Assembly: GCA_045106415.1 (NCBI GenBank)
Contig: JBGCEP010000006.1
Span: 8,687-72,686, forward strand
Direction of reading: 5' to 3'
DNA length: 64,000 nt
DNA from: Oligoflexales bacterium
GTDB taxonomy: Bacteria; Bdellovibrionota_B; Oligoflexia; Oligoflexales; Bog-1112
Shown: positions 29,080 to 40,100 of the stretch, in pieces
Numbering within the stretch: the first letter of the stretch is position 1
Layout of the letters: each line of letters begins with the position of its first letter
The notes under the pieces: generated by a model
Databases searched by the model: none
What the model was told of the DNA's origin: nothing
The model's input: only the letters and a program-made list of their open reading frames with translations
Made by a program: the position numbers and the translations under genes

Positions 29080-30213
29080 GTGGAACGTTATCTTGTTGGA
29101 GTGCAGTTTCAAACTGCAGGTAAAATTTATAGTTTTCTTCCTGGCAACCATGATGTTGCTGTGGGAGAAAGCGTGGTTGTTGAGTCAGATCGTGGTACAA
29201 GCTTGGCTCGAGTTGTGCGTATTCAATTTGATGAAGCGGATGAGGGTCTCGAGTATAAAGAGATTTTGAGAAAAGCGAACTCAAAAGATACGGAAGTGAG
29301 CACGCGTTTATTGCCTGAGGATGTTGTCGACTATACACGCAAAAAAGTTGTAGAACGAGAACTGGGAATGAAAGTTCTTAAGGCGGACGTGGTTTTTGGG
29401 GGTAATAAAGTTGTTGTTTATTTCACAGCTCCTGGTCGCGTAGATTTTAGAGAGCTTGTAAAAGATCTTGCTGGGGGACTCAAGACAAGAGTTGAGTTAA
29501 AGCAAGTAGGTGCGCGTGATGCGACAAAAGTCGTTGGTGGTGTGGGTGTGTGTGGTCGAGCATATTGCTGTTCGACTTTTTTACGTGAATTTGTGCCTGT
29601 TTCTATCAGAATGGCGAAAAACCAAAACCTTGCTTTAAATCCGATGAAAACAGCTGGTGCTTGTGGGCGGTTGTTATGTTGTTTAACCTATGAAGATGAT
29701 ACGTATACGCATTTAAGAAAACAACTCCCGCCGCGCGGTGTGTTGGTTAAATTTGAACAAGATGGTGTTAACGTTCGAGCTAAGGTTAAAAAGTCTGATC
29801 TTCTTAATCAAAAAGTTGTGGTTGAGGATGAAAGTGGGCAATCCTATCAAGTGAATGTCGCTGATATTGAAATACTAGGTGAAACCAAATCGGCTTCAGC
29901 TACTGCTTCTCCAGAAAAAAGAGCCTCAACCCCAGTTTCTGATGATGATTGGGCTGCAGACCTAGATTTAAGTGAGCTTCAAGACTTTTCTCAAAATAAC
30001 CAAAAGAAGAAAATGGAGCTCCAAAAGCAAGAACATTTTGATGCAAAACAAAAAGATAGTGGCCATAGAGGCGGGCAGAGGCCTAAAGCTCCTTCTAGAA
30101 GCTCAAGGTCACAATATAAAAAGCCTTCTCATAAAACGAGTCAGGTGGATCCATCGAAATCGAGAGGTGATCAGAAGAAGCGCGGAGATCAAAAGGTGAG
30201 GCCTAAAAAATAA
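29080..30213 (+). CDS. ricT: PSP1/RicT (YaaT) family regulatory Fe-S protein with a low-complexity tail
   Basis: YFTAPGRVDFRELVKDLA, GVCGRAYCC, SIRMAKNQNL, GACGRLLCCLTYE; tmk-holB-yaaT gene order. Confidence 0.9.
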   Translation: MERYLVGVQFQTAGKIYSFLPGNHDVAVGESVVVESDRGTSLARVVRIQFDEADEGLEYKEILRKANSKDTEVSTRLLPEDVVDYTRKKVVERELGMKVLKADVVFGGNKVVVYFTAPGRVDFRELVKDLAGGLKTRVELKQVGARDATKVVGGVGVCGRAYCCSTFLREFVPVSIRMAKNQNLALNPMKTAGACGRLLCCLTYEDDTYTHLRKQLPPRGVLVKFEQDGVNVRAKVKKSDLLNQKVVVEDESGQSYQVNVADIEILGETKSASATASPEKRASTPVSDDDWAADLDLSELQDFSQNNQKKKMELQKQEHFDAKQKDSGHRGGQRPKAPSRSSRSQYKKPSHKTSQVDPSKSRGDQKKRGDQKVRPKK

Positions 30214-30251
30214 AAAAACCTCTGGGAGCGAACAACTCTCAGGGGTTTTTT
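30212..30251. terminator. Bidirectional intrinsic terminator
   Basis: AAAAAAACCTCTGGGAG...CTCTCAGGGGTTTTTT between ricT and rlmN. Confidence 0.75.
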
Positions 30252-30287
30252 AGTATTTTATTTTATTTTAATATAATGTGAATATAC

Positions 30288-31361
30288 TTATCGTGAAACA
30301 ACGTTTAAACGTCTTGGCTCACTATCAGGTTGTTGATGCTTTGCTGCAAGCTGTCCGCATGCAGCTGAAACTTCTAGGCCTTTGCTGTAACGAACAGGAG
30401 CAGGGTAGCCGCGTTTAGATAAAGAAGCCTGAAATTCACGGATACTTTCGTCATCAGGGCGTTGGTAAGGAAGACCTGGGTGACTATTAAACGGAATGAG
30501 GTTGATCTTTGCTTTTAACCCATGCAGAAAGTGCACAAGCTCGTTTGCATGCTGTTTGCCGCAATTAGTGTCTTTTATCAGGATGTACTCAATGGTGATT
30601 TTCTCACCTGTTTTTTTCTGATAATCCATCAAAGACTGCTTTAAAGCACTGAGCGGGTATTTTTTATTGATAGGCATAAGCGATGAGCGTAGTTCATCGT
30701 TGGTCGCGTGTAAAGAGACAGCAAGACTACAACGATTTTGCTCAGCTAGATCTCCAATTTTAGGAACAATCCCAGATGTGGAAACAGTGACACGACGAGC
30801 TGAAAGCCCAATGCGTTCAGTGAGGTGGTGAACTGAAGCACTTACGGCAGCGAAGTTGTCGAGAGGTTCTCCCATACCCATGTAAACGACGTGAGTGATT
30901 TTACGGCCCTCTTCGCGAACAATTGCATCCGCTTGATAAAATTGGCCGAGAATTTCTTCGGTTGGTAAATGTCTGAAAAAACCGAGTTTTCCCGTTTGAC
31001 AGAAACTGCAAGCAAGCTTACAGCCAACTTGACTCGAAACACATAGGCTTGTTCTATCCTTGTAACGTAGAATAACGGTCTCTGTGAGTTGGTTTTTATC
31101 AGATTTGATAAGCAGGCGGCTTGCTCCGTCGGCTGAATCAAATCTTTTAACAATCTCAGGAAGTTCCCAGCGAACTGTTTCATCAAGTTTTTCTTTGAGC
31201 TTTTTTGGGAGGTTTGACATCTTTTCTAGACTACAAACACGTTCGTTGTCAATCCAATGCAAGACTTGCTTGCGTCGAAATTGAGGCTCGCCAGAAAGAA
31301 TCTGGTCCCAGTCAGCTTGTTGTAATGTCAGTGCGTGCGGTTTATCCACGTTATGCTCCAT
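30288..31361 (-). CDS. rlmN: 23S rRNA m2A2503 / tRNA methyltransferase RlmN
   Basis: CVSSQVGCKLACSFCQTG, MGMGEP, VSTSG, SLHA, INLIPFN, AACGQL. Confidence 0.95.
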   Translation of the reverse strand: MEHNVDKPHALTLQQADWDQILSGEPQFRRKQVLHWIDNERVCSLEKMSNLPKKLKEKLDETVRWELPEIVKRFDSADGASRLLIKSDKNQLTETVILRYKDRTSLCVSSQVGCKLACSFCQTGKLGFFRHLPTEEILGQFYQADAIVREEGRKITHVVYMGMGEPLDNFAAVSASVHHLTERIGLSARRVTVSTSGIVPKIGDLAEQNRCSLAVSLHATNDELRSSLMPINKKYPLSALKQSLMDYQKKTGEKITIEYILIKDTNCGKQHANELVHFLHGLKAKINLIPFNSHPGLPYQRPDDESIREFQASLSKRGYPAPVRYSKGLEVSAACGQLAAKHQQPDSEPRRLNVVSR

Positions 31362-31493
31362 TGGGAGAGATGGAACACGAATATACTGGAAAATAAAATG
31401 TTGTCAAATCACTTGTCTAGTCTTTTCAAAGAAAGATCAAGTGAGTGTCGTTATGAATGTTTGAGTCATTAGGAGGAAGTGAATAGAAAATAT

Positions 31494-32072
31494 TTAGAGA
31501 AAGAACATCATTTGTATCATAGGATGGATGTTTTTTTCTGTGACAGGTGTAAATGATGTTGTTTCTTGCCCGTCGATAGATTGTTCAATGTAGGAAAGTT
31601 CTGAATAATACAAGCTTGGTCCAAGTTCACCCCATCCTGTTGAAAAAAGATAGCCAAGCTCCCAGATGTACCCACCGTCGCCGGAATGAGTTATGGTGCT
31701 GGCAGCAGATGTGAATGTTTTCTCTGGGGGTAAAACACCCAAATATGTTGCGTTTCCAAACCAGTTGTTTTTTAAAAACCCGAGAGAAAGCCCAACGAAG
31801 GAAGTCGTGGTTTTTTGGTTTGATGCGTCAAGAAGTTGACGATAACCTCCTTTGATACCTATTGATATTCCGGATGCAAGTTGATGATGAAGGCCTAGTG
31901 TTGTGAAGTAATTCCTGCTGTTTACAGTGCTTGTACTGCCTTTAGGAATGATTTCAGATCTATGTAGAAAGCTTCCTAAAGAGAGCACTGTTTTTGCTAC
32001 AAGTGATTGAGGTAGACTGAAGGCCATTAAGAGAAAAAGTGGAATAAAAATCTTCAATTTGAATCCTCTCAT
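31494..32072 (-). CDS. Putative small outer-membrane beta-barrel protein
   Basis: Signal peptide, amphipathic beta strands, aromatic-rich C-terminus. Confidence 0.6.
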   Translation of the reverse strand: MRGFKLKIFIPLFLLMAFSLPQSLVAKTVLSLGSFLHRSEIIPKGSTSTVNSRNYFTTLGLHHQLASGISIGIKGGYRQLLDASNQKTTTSFVGLSLGFLKNNWFGNATYLGVLPPEKTFTSAASTITHSGDGGYIWELGYLFSTGWGELGPSLYYSELSYIEQSIDGQETTSFTPVTEKNIHPMIQMMFFL

Positions 32073-32118
32073 TTTTTGTCCGATACGATATATGTGTCAC
32101 ACTGAGGGATCGGATGAT

Positions 32119-32820
32119 ATGAGAGGACTATTAAGAGGTCGTTGGAAAAAGGCTTTAAATAACACGAAGCAGCACCGAGAAAAATCCATTGATGAAAGCA
32201 AAACTCTTGTAAAAGAGCGTGAAAAAAAAGGAAGCACCACAAGTGAGCATAAATTGAGTGTTCACTCAGCTAAAAACCACAATGATACCAGCAGTCAATT
32301 TGAGTTTGGCAATGTGAAAGAAAGAGGTGAAAATATTGATTTAGAGCCTTCTGATATTACGCATTCCAGCAACCTCATTGAAAATGAAGAGCAAGAAATT
32401 GTATCTACTGCAGAGAAAATGGAGTTAAGCCCTGGTCCGAGAGTTCTTGTTCTTGATGATGATAATCAAATTCTAGAGATTGTGGGGAATATTATTTTGT
32501 CTGTTGGTGGAGTTCCTTTGAAAGCTTTGAATGGTGCTCATGCCATGGAATGGGTTGAAGTAGACAATATACAGCTAGTACTTCTTGACTTACATATGCC
32601 TGAAATGAATGGTGTCGATTTTTTAAAGGGAGTTCGTCGCATTGGTGCGTTATCGAATATTCCAATTTTTATCCTTACAGGGCGTCCAGATAAAAATATT
32701 CTAGAAAAATTAAAACCATTAGGTGTGCATGGCTGTATCGTTAAACCGTTTCATCCAGATGACCTAAAAGATATGATTGCTCGTTATTTAAGTTTTTCAG
32801 ATAATAGAGAGGCTGTTTGA
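32119..32820 (+). CDS. Response regulator (charged N-terminal region + C-terminal REC domain)
   Basis: VLVLDDD, LLDLHMPEMNG, FILTG, IVKPF. Confidence 0.88.
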   Translation: MRGLLRGRWKKALNNTKQHREKSIDESKTLVKEREKKGSTTSEHKLSVHSAKNHNDTSSQFEFGNVKERGENIDLEPSDITHSSNLIENEEQEIVSTAEKMELSPGPRVLVLDDDNQILEIVGNIILSVGGVPLKALNGAHAMEWVEVDNIQLVLLDLHMPEMNGVDFLKGVRRIGALSNIPIFILTGRPDKNILEKLKPLGVHGCIVKPFHPDDLKDMIARYLSFSDNREAV

Positions 32821-34751
32821 TTATGCTGGATAGTTTATGGCAAGAGAAAACAGCATCTGTTGTTATTGTTGATCCTTCTGAGAAAATTAGCGAATTGCAT
32901 AGGGTATATGTTGAAGAAGGAGGATTTTCAAACATACAGTGTTTTTCAGATATTGATGACATCGTTGAACTTATTGAAAAACAAGCCGTCGACTGGTTGA
33001 TTATGTCTTCTTTTTCAGAGAAAAACCTAAACATTCTTCAAATTTTAGAAAGAACTTGTAAACCTGGTTTATGGTATGGAATTCGAGTGACCTGGCTTAT
33101 GGACTCTTCGGAAGATAAGGATCTTTTAGAACAAGGAATATCCAAAGGTCTTTTTTATGCACAAAAACGCATGACTAAAAAAGACTTGGTTAAAAAAAAA
33201 TGGGAAGATTTTTTTAAAAAAGCAGAAGACTGTGGCTGGGATCGCTTGAAAATGTCTGCCTCCTTATTGCGGAGGGTTTTAAGAGGGGATCGTGGACGGC
33301 TCATTAAGTTTGAAAAAAATTACCAGCGTATTTTACCAGCTGACGTTGATAGCTGGTTGAGCTTGATTCCTGTAGAAGCTGAACGCACGGAGGAAGTTTC
33401 TTATGCTCAATTAGATCTGATAAATATTGTGTTTCCAAACAGAAGTATGGAATGTCAAGATCTAAAAAACCGCTTTAAAGACTCTGAGGCCGGAGTCGAT
33501 TTTTTTTCTTCAGTCTGTAAAGTTTATTTTCAATTTCAGAATAAAAATTTCAAAAAAAGTTTTTTCAAAAGTATGGAAAATATGAATCTATTTCATGCTC
33601 TTGAAAAAATTCCAGAAGACCTTTCCTGTTGGGACTTTCTACGTGACATTGATAAAAATTCTCTGGTTGCTTTAGAGGGGAGTGTTAAACAAGCGCGTCT
33701 TATTAGTGAATTTATAAGAGCGCAAAGGCTTCTTGATATCCCTATTCTTTACTATTCTGATGGCCTTGATCATGATGATGCGCGATTACTGTCGCATGTT
33801 GGAGTTGTTGATGTTGGGAATGTCATTTGGAATGAATCTCAAGTTTCTTTAATGTTTTGTGAGGCTGTGTCAGAATGGATAACCCCAAGAGCAGATGATG
33901 TTGTTGTTCAAAAGGCAAAACAAAAAGCTCTCTACCAACAAGGGTATGAAACTATTTATAAATGCCGCTTTGCAGGTGATATTGCACACGATGCTGAAGG
34001 TCTTCTTGATGTCGCAAATGATAAGGATAGCCAAAGCGCAACTTTAGGGCCTGAAATACCAGCGTTAAGACTCATCCAAAAGGGTGATTTTGCACAAGCT
34101 GTTCATAGGCTAGGATCTTGGGATGTGAACCAGATGACTTGTTATCATGGGTGCCTTCTTGCTTGGGCTTTGTTTTGCCAAGGCCAGAAAAAAGAAGCGT
34201 ACTCATTATTAGAGAAGGTTATCAAATCGGTTCCAAAAGGGTTTTTACTACCAGGTATTTATAAAATTGTTTTTGATACTTTAGAAAATCAAGCTGGAAT
34301 AGAAAGAAGAATAAGAGAAACAAGCTCTAGGAAGCTCTATTTCCACCTTTTAACTGAATACACAAATGTAGTGTCTCAATCTATCGATGACATAGAAAAA
34401 ACATGGAGAAGCTGTTTAAAATCTCTTCCTGAAGAGTTTTTAGAAGATCAAATTTCTGCTCTTTATAATTTATGTTTAGCTTTTGCAAAACAGCAAAGAT
34501 GGTCACAGGCACGACGAGAAATTAAATTTGCTCTGAAAATAGAATCTCCTTTTTTAAAAAAAGAGATGGTTTCCCTGGATAAGAGGCTCGAAGAGTGTAT
34601 GAAAACAAAAAAGAACTTTGTACCCCTTGTTGAGAAGAAGAAGCAGTATCATAGCTATTTTTATGGACGTTTTGGATGTTTTCGTGTTTTTATGGATCCC
34701 GTGAAAACGGTTTCCAGTCAAAATATGATGAAAAAAAGAAAACCAGCTTGA
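32817..34751 (+). CDS. Hypothetical protein with REC-like N-terminus and TPR-like C-terminus
   Basis: VVIVDP...VDWLI REC-like start; ALYNLCLAFAKQQRWSQA TPR-like helix; overlaps the stop of the upstream regulator. Confidence 0.55.
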   Translation: MIMLDSLWQEKTASVVIVDPSEKISELHRVYVEEGGFSNIQCFSDIDDIVELIEKQAVDWLIMSSFSEKNLNILQILERTCKPGLWYGIRVTWLMDSSEDKDLLEQGISKGLFYAQKRMTKKDLVKKKWEDFFKKAEDCGWDRLKMSASLLRRVLRGDRGRLIKFEKNYQRILPADVDSWLSLIPVEAERTEEVSYAQLDLINIVFPNRSMECQDLKNRFKDSEAGVDFFSSVCKVYFQFQNKNFKKSFFKSMENMNLFHALEKIPEDLSCWDFLRDIDKNSLVALEGSVKQARLISEFIRAQRLLDIPILYYSDGLDHDDARLLSHVGVVDVGNVIWNESQVSLMFCEAVSEWITPRADDVVVQKAKQKALYQQGYETIYKCRFAGDIAHDAEGLLDVANDKDSQSATLGPEIPALRLIQKGDFAQAVHRLGSWDVNQMTCYHGCLLAWALFCQGQKKEAYSLLEKVIKSVPKGFLLPGIYKIVFDTLENQAGIERRIRETSSRKLYFHLLTEYTNVVSQSIDDIEKTWRSCLKSLPEEFLEDQISALYNLCLAFAKQQRWSQARREIKFALKIESPFLKKEMVSLDKRLEECMKTKKNFVPLVEKKKQYHSYFYGRFGCFRVFMDPVKTVSSQNMMKKRKPA

Positions 34752-34763
34752 AGCTGGCTTTCG

Positions 34764-35672
34764 TTATTTTTTAAGACCTACTTTTTCGAGCATGGAACCA
34801 ATAGATGTGAGATCTGCAGGGAGAATGATTTCAGTCTTTTCTTGTTTGAGGCCTCTTAATGATTCGATGAATTTCTCTGTAAGCTGAAGCTGAATGGCTT
34901 GTTTGCCGCTGGGTAGCTCGATATTGTGAGCGATTTTAGTGATTGAGGCTGCTGTTGCATCTGCGATTGCTCGTATTTCAGCTGCCGCACCTTCTGCTTC
35001 ATTGATTATTTTTTGCTTTTGACCCTCACTGTGATTGATCATCTCCTGCCTTGTTCCTTCCGCTCTGTTGATTCTAGACTGCTTTCCACCTTCGGCTTGA
35101 GCGAGAATAGCTCTCTTTTCACGGTCGGCAGCGACTTGTTTTTCCATAGAATTGTGGACACTGGAGGGAGGCTGTATGTTTTTGATTTCATAGCGATGAA
35201 CTCGAATGCCCCATTCTGAGGCTGTTTGATCTAAAACATCAACAACTTTATTGCTGATCATAGACCTCTCTTCAAAGGTTCGGTCTAAGGTGAGAGTTCC
35301 GACTATAGAACGAGTGGTTGTTTGAGCAAGTTGCATTGAAGCGTACTTGTAGTTTACAACACCGTAGTAGCTTCGACTTGGTTCCAGAACAGAAATATAT
35401 ATCACCCCATCTACAAGAACTTTTACTTCGTCTTTTGTAAAAATTTCTTGTGGGGGAACATGAATAGCTTCTTCTTTAAGTGAGAGCTTTCCAACTGCCT
35501 GATCGATGAAAGGCAGAAGAATATGGAAGCCTGCTCCTAACGTTGAGTGATATTTCCCTAGCCTTTCAACGATGACAGCACTTTTTTGAGGTACCAGCTG
35601 AAGAGAACGAACAAGGTTATAAATTAAAGTAGCAAAGATAGTCGTCCAGATGAGAAGGCTTAACATATTCAT
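34764..35672 (-). CDS. SPFH/stomatin-like (QmcA/paraslipin) protein 2
   Basis: VERLGKY, FTKDEVKVLVDGVIY, AQTTTRS, WGIRVHRYEIKNI. Confidence 0.92.
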   Translation of the reverse strand: MNMLSLLIWTTIFATLIYNLVRSLQLVPQKSAVIVERLGKYHSTLGAGFHILLPFIDQAVGKLSLKEEAIHVPPQEIFTKDEVKVLVDGVIYISVLEPSRSYYGVVNYKYASMQLAQTTTRSIVGTLTLDRTFEERSMISNKVVDVLDQTASEWGIRVHRYEIKNIQPPSSVHNSMEKQVAADREKRAILAQAEGGKQSRINRAEGTRQEMINHSEGQKQKIINEAEGAAAEIRAIADATAASITKIAHNIELPSGKQAIQLQLTEKFIESLRGLKQEKTEIILPADLTSIGSMLEKVGLKK

Positions 35673-36607
35673 GATGGTGTCTCCGCGTGATTTAGGGATT
35701 GAGATACTTGTCCTATGCCCTCAAAAAACCCATGCATTTGAGCAAGACTTTCAGGAACAATTTTGACATTTGCTGTTGTAATTATTTTTTCATATTCGGT
35801 AATAAATTGATCTGTAACACGAGCTTGTACAGCATGAGCCCCTCCAGGAGTGTTGATAGCTTCTGCGACCTTTTCAATGCTATATGCTGTGGCTTCTGCA
35901 ATAATTGAAATATGAGCGGCTCGACCCTCAGCTTCGTTAATTCTTTTTTGTTTCTCGCCCTCTGAAATTGCGATGCTTTCTTGTCTTTCACCCTCTGAGA
36001 GTAAAGAAACAGATTCTTTATGAGCAGAAGCTAATGTTACTTCTGCTCTTCTTTCTCTTTCTGCCTCCATAGCTTTTTCGAGCGTATGTATAATTTGTTC
36101 GCTTGGAGTAATGTTCATGAGCTCATAGCGTAGAACTTTGATGCCCCATGAGCTTGAAGCTTTATCAATTTCTTGAACGATCATATTATTTAATTTCTCT
36201 CTTTCCGAGAAAGTCGCGTGTAGGTCAAGTTTGCCAATCTCTGACCGCATAGTCGTTTGTGCTAAATTCACAGCTGCTAATGTGTAGTTCTCAATGCCGT
36301 ATGATGCAAGCTTAGGGTCCATAACTTTTAGATAAATAACCCCGTCGACTTCAAGTTGAATATTATCTTTTGTAATACAAGACTGTGAAGGGACATCAAT
36401 AACCTGTTCTCTGATTTCATGTCGATATGCAACACGATCGAAAAAAGGAATGAGAATGTGGAGCCCTGGAGTCATAATACCCGCAAACCTACCTAATCGT
36501 TCTTTGACATAAGCGTGGCGCCCTGGGACGACTATTGCTGTGTGAATGAGAAGAATACCTAAGATAACTAAAGAGATGGTGAGTATTAAAAAATTACTAT
36601 CAGTCAT
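35669..36607 (-). CDS. SPFH/stomatin-like (QmcA/paraslipin) protein 1
   Basis: ERLGRF, CITKDNIQLEVDGVIY, AQTTMRSEIG, WGIKVLRYE. Confidence 0.92.
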   Translation of the reverse strand: MTDSNFLILTISLVILGILLIHTAIVVPGRHAYVKERLGRFAGIMTPGLHILIPFFDRVAYRHEIREQVIDVPSQSCITKDNIQLEVDGVIYLKVMDPKLASYGIENYTLAAVNLAQTTMRSEIGKLDLHATFSEREKLNNMIVQEIDKASSSWGIKVLRYELMNITPSEQIIHTLEKAMEAERERRAEVTLASAHKESVSLLSEGERQESIAISEGEKQKRINEAEGRAAHISIIAEATAYSIEKVAEAINTPGGAHAVQARVTDQFITEYEKIITTANVKIVPESLAQMHGFFEGIGQVSQSLNHAETPS

Positions 36608-37076
36608 GCTTTTTTTCCTGTGAAAGAGGTTCAACTATCCAAAAAATCCCGTCTCTTTTTACAATAGTGGCGAATGAACCTTTTGGAAGATGTTTTTTTT
36701 CTGTTTTTGCATTCCAAGTACTCCCTCGGTACTCAATGCGTCCAGATGTTGTTGTGGCATCTATATCTTCAATAATAAGGACTTGAGTACCAACGGCAAT
36801 GCTATCATCTTCAATATTATCTTTCCACTGGTCACCTGGCGCAAGATGAGCGACAGCGTTTCTTAAAGTGACTAAAAGTACGGAAGAGGTAACAACCCAC
36901 CACAATAGCATTGTCATGAATCCATCTATCCACCCCATCCAAATTCCCCCAGCAACAATAAGTGCAGCTAGGCCTAAAAAGATGGCTATAAGTCCAGGTA
37001 ACAGCATTTCTGAAAGAGACAAGATAATCGCAAAAACGATCCAATAAAGGATCCATGAATGAAATGAGTTTTCCAT
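36600..37076 (-). CDS. NfeD-like (YbbJ) membrane protein
   Basis: N-terminal TM helices with EMLLPG; C-terminal OB fold GRIEYRGSTWNA; directly upstream of the SPFH genes. Confidence 0.88.
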   Translation of the reverse strand: MENSFHSWILYWIVFAIILSLSEMLLPGLIAIFLGLAALIVAGGIWMGWIDGFMTMLLWWVVTSSVLLVTLRNAVAHLAPGDQWKDNIEDDSIAVGTQVLIIEDIDATTTSGRIEYRGSTWNAKTEKKHLPKGSFATIVKRDGIFWIVEPLSQEKKHD

Positions 37077-37180
37077 GATAAGACTCTTAAATGGTTCAAC
37101 TATACTATGAACGTTGTTAAAAAAATTTGCAATATGTAAAATGATTGAGATTTACTGAAAAAGTGAGAGCTCTTGTGAAA

Positions 37181-40100
37181 ATGATATTGTTTTTCTTAGT
37201 TTTTAATATTCTTAGCAGCTGTGAACAAATACCTGACTCAGAATTAAGTGTCACCAAACTTATGATGGATGTTGATCATCTCTTAAAATTGACAGCGTCA
37301 GATCAAGAAATTGTCATCCCGAGAAATATACCGGAGGGCGCGACACTTAGCGCAAAAGGCTGGTTTTCTTGGCGCCCAGAATCATCACGAGTGCATCACA
37401 ATGAGTTGATTGAAGTTTTATATTGGCTTAAAAAAAATGATGAAAAAATCATACAGAAAAGTCTGTTTTTTCAGATTGTGTCATTTGATGAATCTTTGAA
37501 GAAATCAGAAGAGTTAGTTTGTTTAAGAGATTTTAAATTTAAAAAAAATCACCCACATCAAAAATTTTTACTTTTACAAAATCAACCCTTAAATGAAATT
37601 ATATATAAAAAATCTATCCATATAATTTCACAGGAAAATAATGAAAACTCTTTATATGAGGTTGATTTAACTTGTGTCTCTCACCCTGATGAAGTGACTG
37701 AAGAAAAAAAAGAATTTAAGAAATCACACCATGTTTTACTTTTGAATAATTTTTCAACCTGGGATTTTAACCCAGAAGGGAATAAATATGATTATGCGAT
37801 TGAGAAAGGAGGTATAGGTCTTCATTTATCTGAAGATGGTTATCTCCATTTCAAATCAGACATAAGCCAAAAAAAACAACATCCAACAATGATTTCTTTT
37901 TGGGTAACAGATGGTTTTTCTTCATGGAGAGAGCAGGCTCTTATCCGTTTTGACAAGAAGTGCGAAAAGATAGAACACCAGTATTCTCAAGTAAATTCTC
38001 CCCGTGTGAATTTTAGAGATAGAGGAATTGATTATTTTGCTAGTAAGTTTGACCAAAAATCATGTGTGCAAAAAATATTTAATGTAAAGACTCAAGGGGA
38101 ATTTCCTAATGTGTTGTGGGAGATAATTCAAAATCAAGGAACTGCAATGCAGTCTATTGTTATAAAAACTTCTCCATATAAAGGTTATTTGAATATTTCA
38201 TTAAATCCACAGATAGATTTTGAGAAAGATATTTTGAGTTTAGATAAAAAGTCTGAATTAGAATGGGTGATTTCTTTTTTACCTGGCCCAGGTTCAGGTG
38301 AAAGAAATATTTCTTTTATTGCTGATAATGGGAGAAGCAAAAAAATATTTCATATCAAGACTCATGTTGAAGAAATTAAAACAAAAAAGTCGCTTTCATC
38401 AACGTTTCATACTCATGGTGGATTGAAATTATATCTTATTAAAGATTTGGATAAGAATAAACATTTATCAGTTTCAGATCAATTGAAAGAATACTTACAT
38501 TTATATAGAATTAATCAAATAAATTTGATTTTAAATCGTAAAAAAGAGAGTTTTTTGGGGTCTCATTATATTTATGACTTCTACCGTGAGGGGAAAAAAT
38601 ACTTAGATCAAAATTTTATCGTGTCAACTTATAGAAATGAAATTCAACAGGAAATTATTTATTCTATTTACAATGGAATTATGTCGCTTTCTGATGAATT
38701 TGGATCTAGCGGTCAAGAAAACACCTTTTTTTCGGGTCGAAGAGAAGTGAGAAGAGAAGTATCAAGGCTTAAAAATCCACCTGTTTCTGTCGAGTATTTA
38801 AAAGATGTTCATACAGAAGAAGTTCTTTCAAAATCAATGCTTTCTTCTAGCCGTTATCAAATTTATTTGCCTCGTAATTTACACCAAAATAATACTTTAA
38901 GAGCAACGTATCAGAATCATCTTAAAATCGATAGGTCAACGGAACTTACTTCCGGGAGGGCTCTCGTTTTTGAAATAAGTCCTTTTTTCTCTTTGAAAGA
39001 TCCTTTATTAAGTGATTCAAGCCCTCATGAATTGTTTTATCAAGCCTACCAATGGCGTTCTCTTAAAAATATACAATTAGACCGTGGGATTTTTAAATTA
39101 GCAGGACCAAGGGTTCAGATACTTGATCGCCAAGCACCTTTCACAGGGCAAGGTGATCAGTCTCATGATGTATGGAAAAAAGGGAGAGGATCAACGAGTT
39201 GGCTTGCCGCACAAACTTATTATCATTTGGACTCAATGCTAGGTTATCTTGAGAAAATAGGTTTTTCTGAGGATAAGACTTTAGTTTCTTATCCTCTTAC
39301 TGCAGATCCAGACGCTATGAATGGAAGTGATAATTCATCATATGACCCTGTTTTAAAATCATTGTTTTTTGGTAGAGGAGGAGTTGATGATGCAGAAGAT
39401 CCGGATGTAATTATTCATGAACTCACACATGCGTTGCTAGATTCTATGATTCCAAATTTTAAGGGTGGAGATAGTGGTGCTATTGGTGAAGGTGCTGGAG
39501 ATGATTTAGCTGTCTCTTACAGGAGAAGGCATAGTATTTCGCATGACGTAAATTCTAAAATTTTTTCATGGGATGGCATGCACTCATGGGGAGGGAGAAG
39601 AACAAATGTACTTTATAGTTTTTATAATCACGGTGTTGATCACGACGCACACATGGATATGGGAGGATTTTTAAGTGATGAACTTTGGTCAACCCCCCTT
39701 GTGACAGCAAGAGAAATTCTCTTAAAAAAAGGTTATTCACATGAAATTCTAGATAGAGTTATTCTGCAAGGTTATCTTGGTATTGGTTATTCCCCTAAAA
39801 TGAGAGATGTTGCAACACATATCGTACATGTTGCAAAAATTATGGGATATGAAGAGATTGCTGAGGTGTTTTTAGATCGGTTTCACTGGCATGGAATTTT
39901 ATCCGATAAAACAAAGAAGATTTTTTTAAAAGTCGGAAAAAATCAGGGATTGTGGGCTTCAAACAAAAAAATAAAAATACCTTTACATCTTGCGAATTAT
40001 AGTTCTCAAGATTTAGAGAGCAGTATGGTTTTTATTTCTGGAGAAAAAATTCAAGTTCCTCCTCTTTTTATTCCAAAACTAAAATCAGCAGAGAATAAAA

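Noticed and set aside
34764..37076. nfeD plus two SPFH paralogs as a novel system
   Set aside because: Well-known conserved operon arrangement
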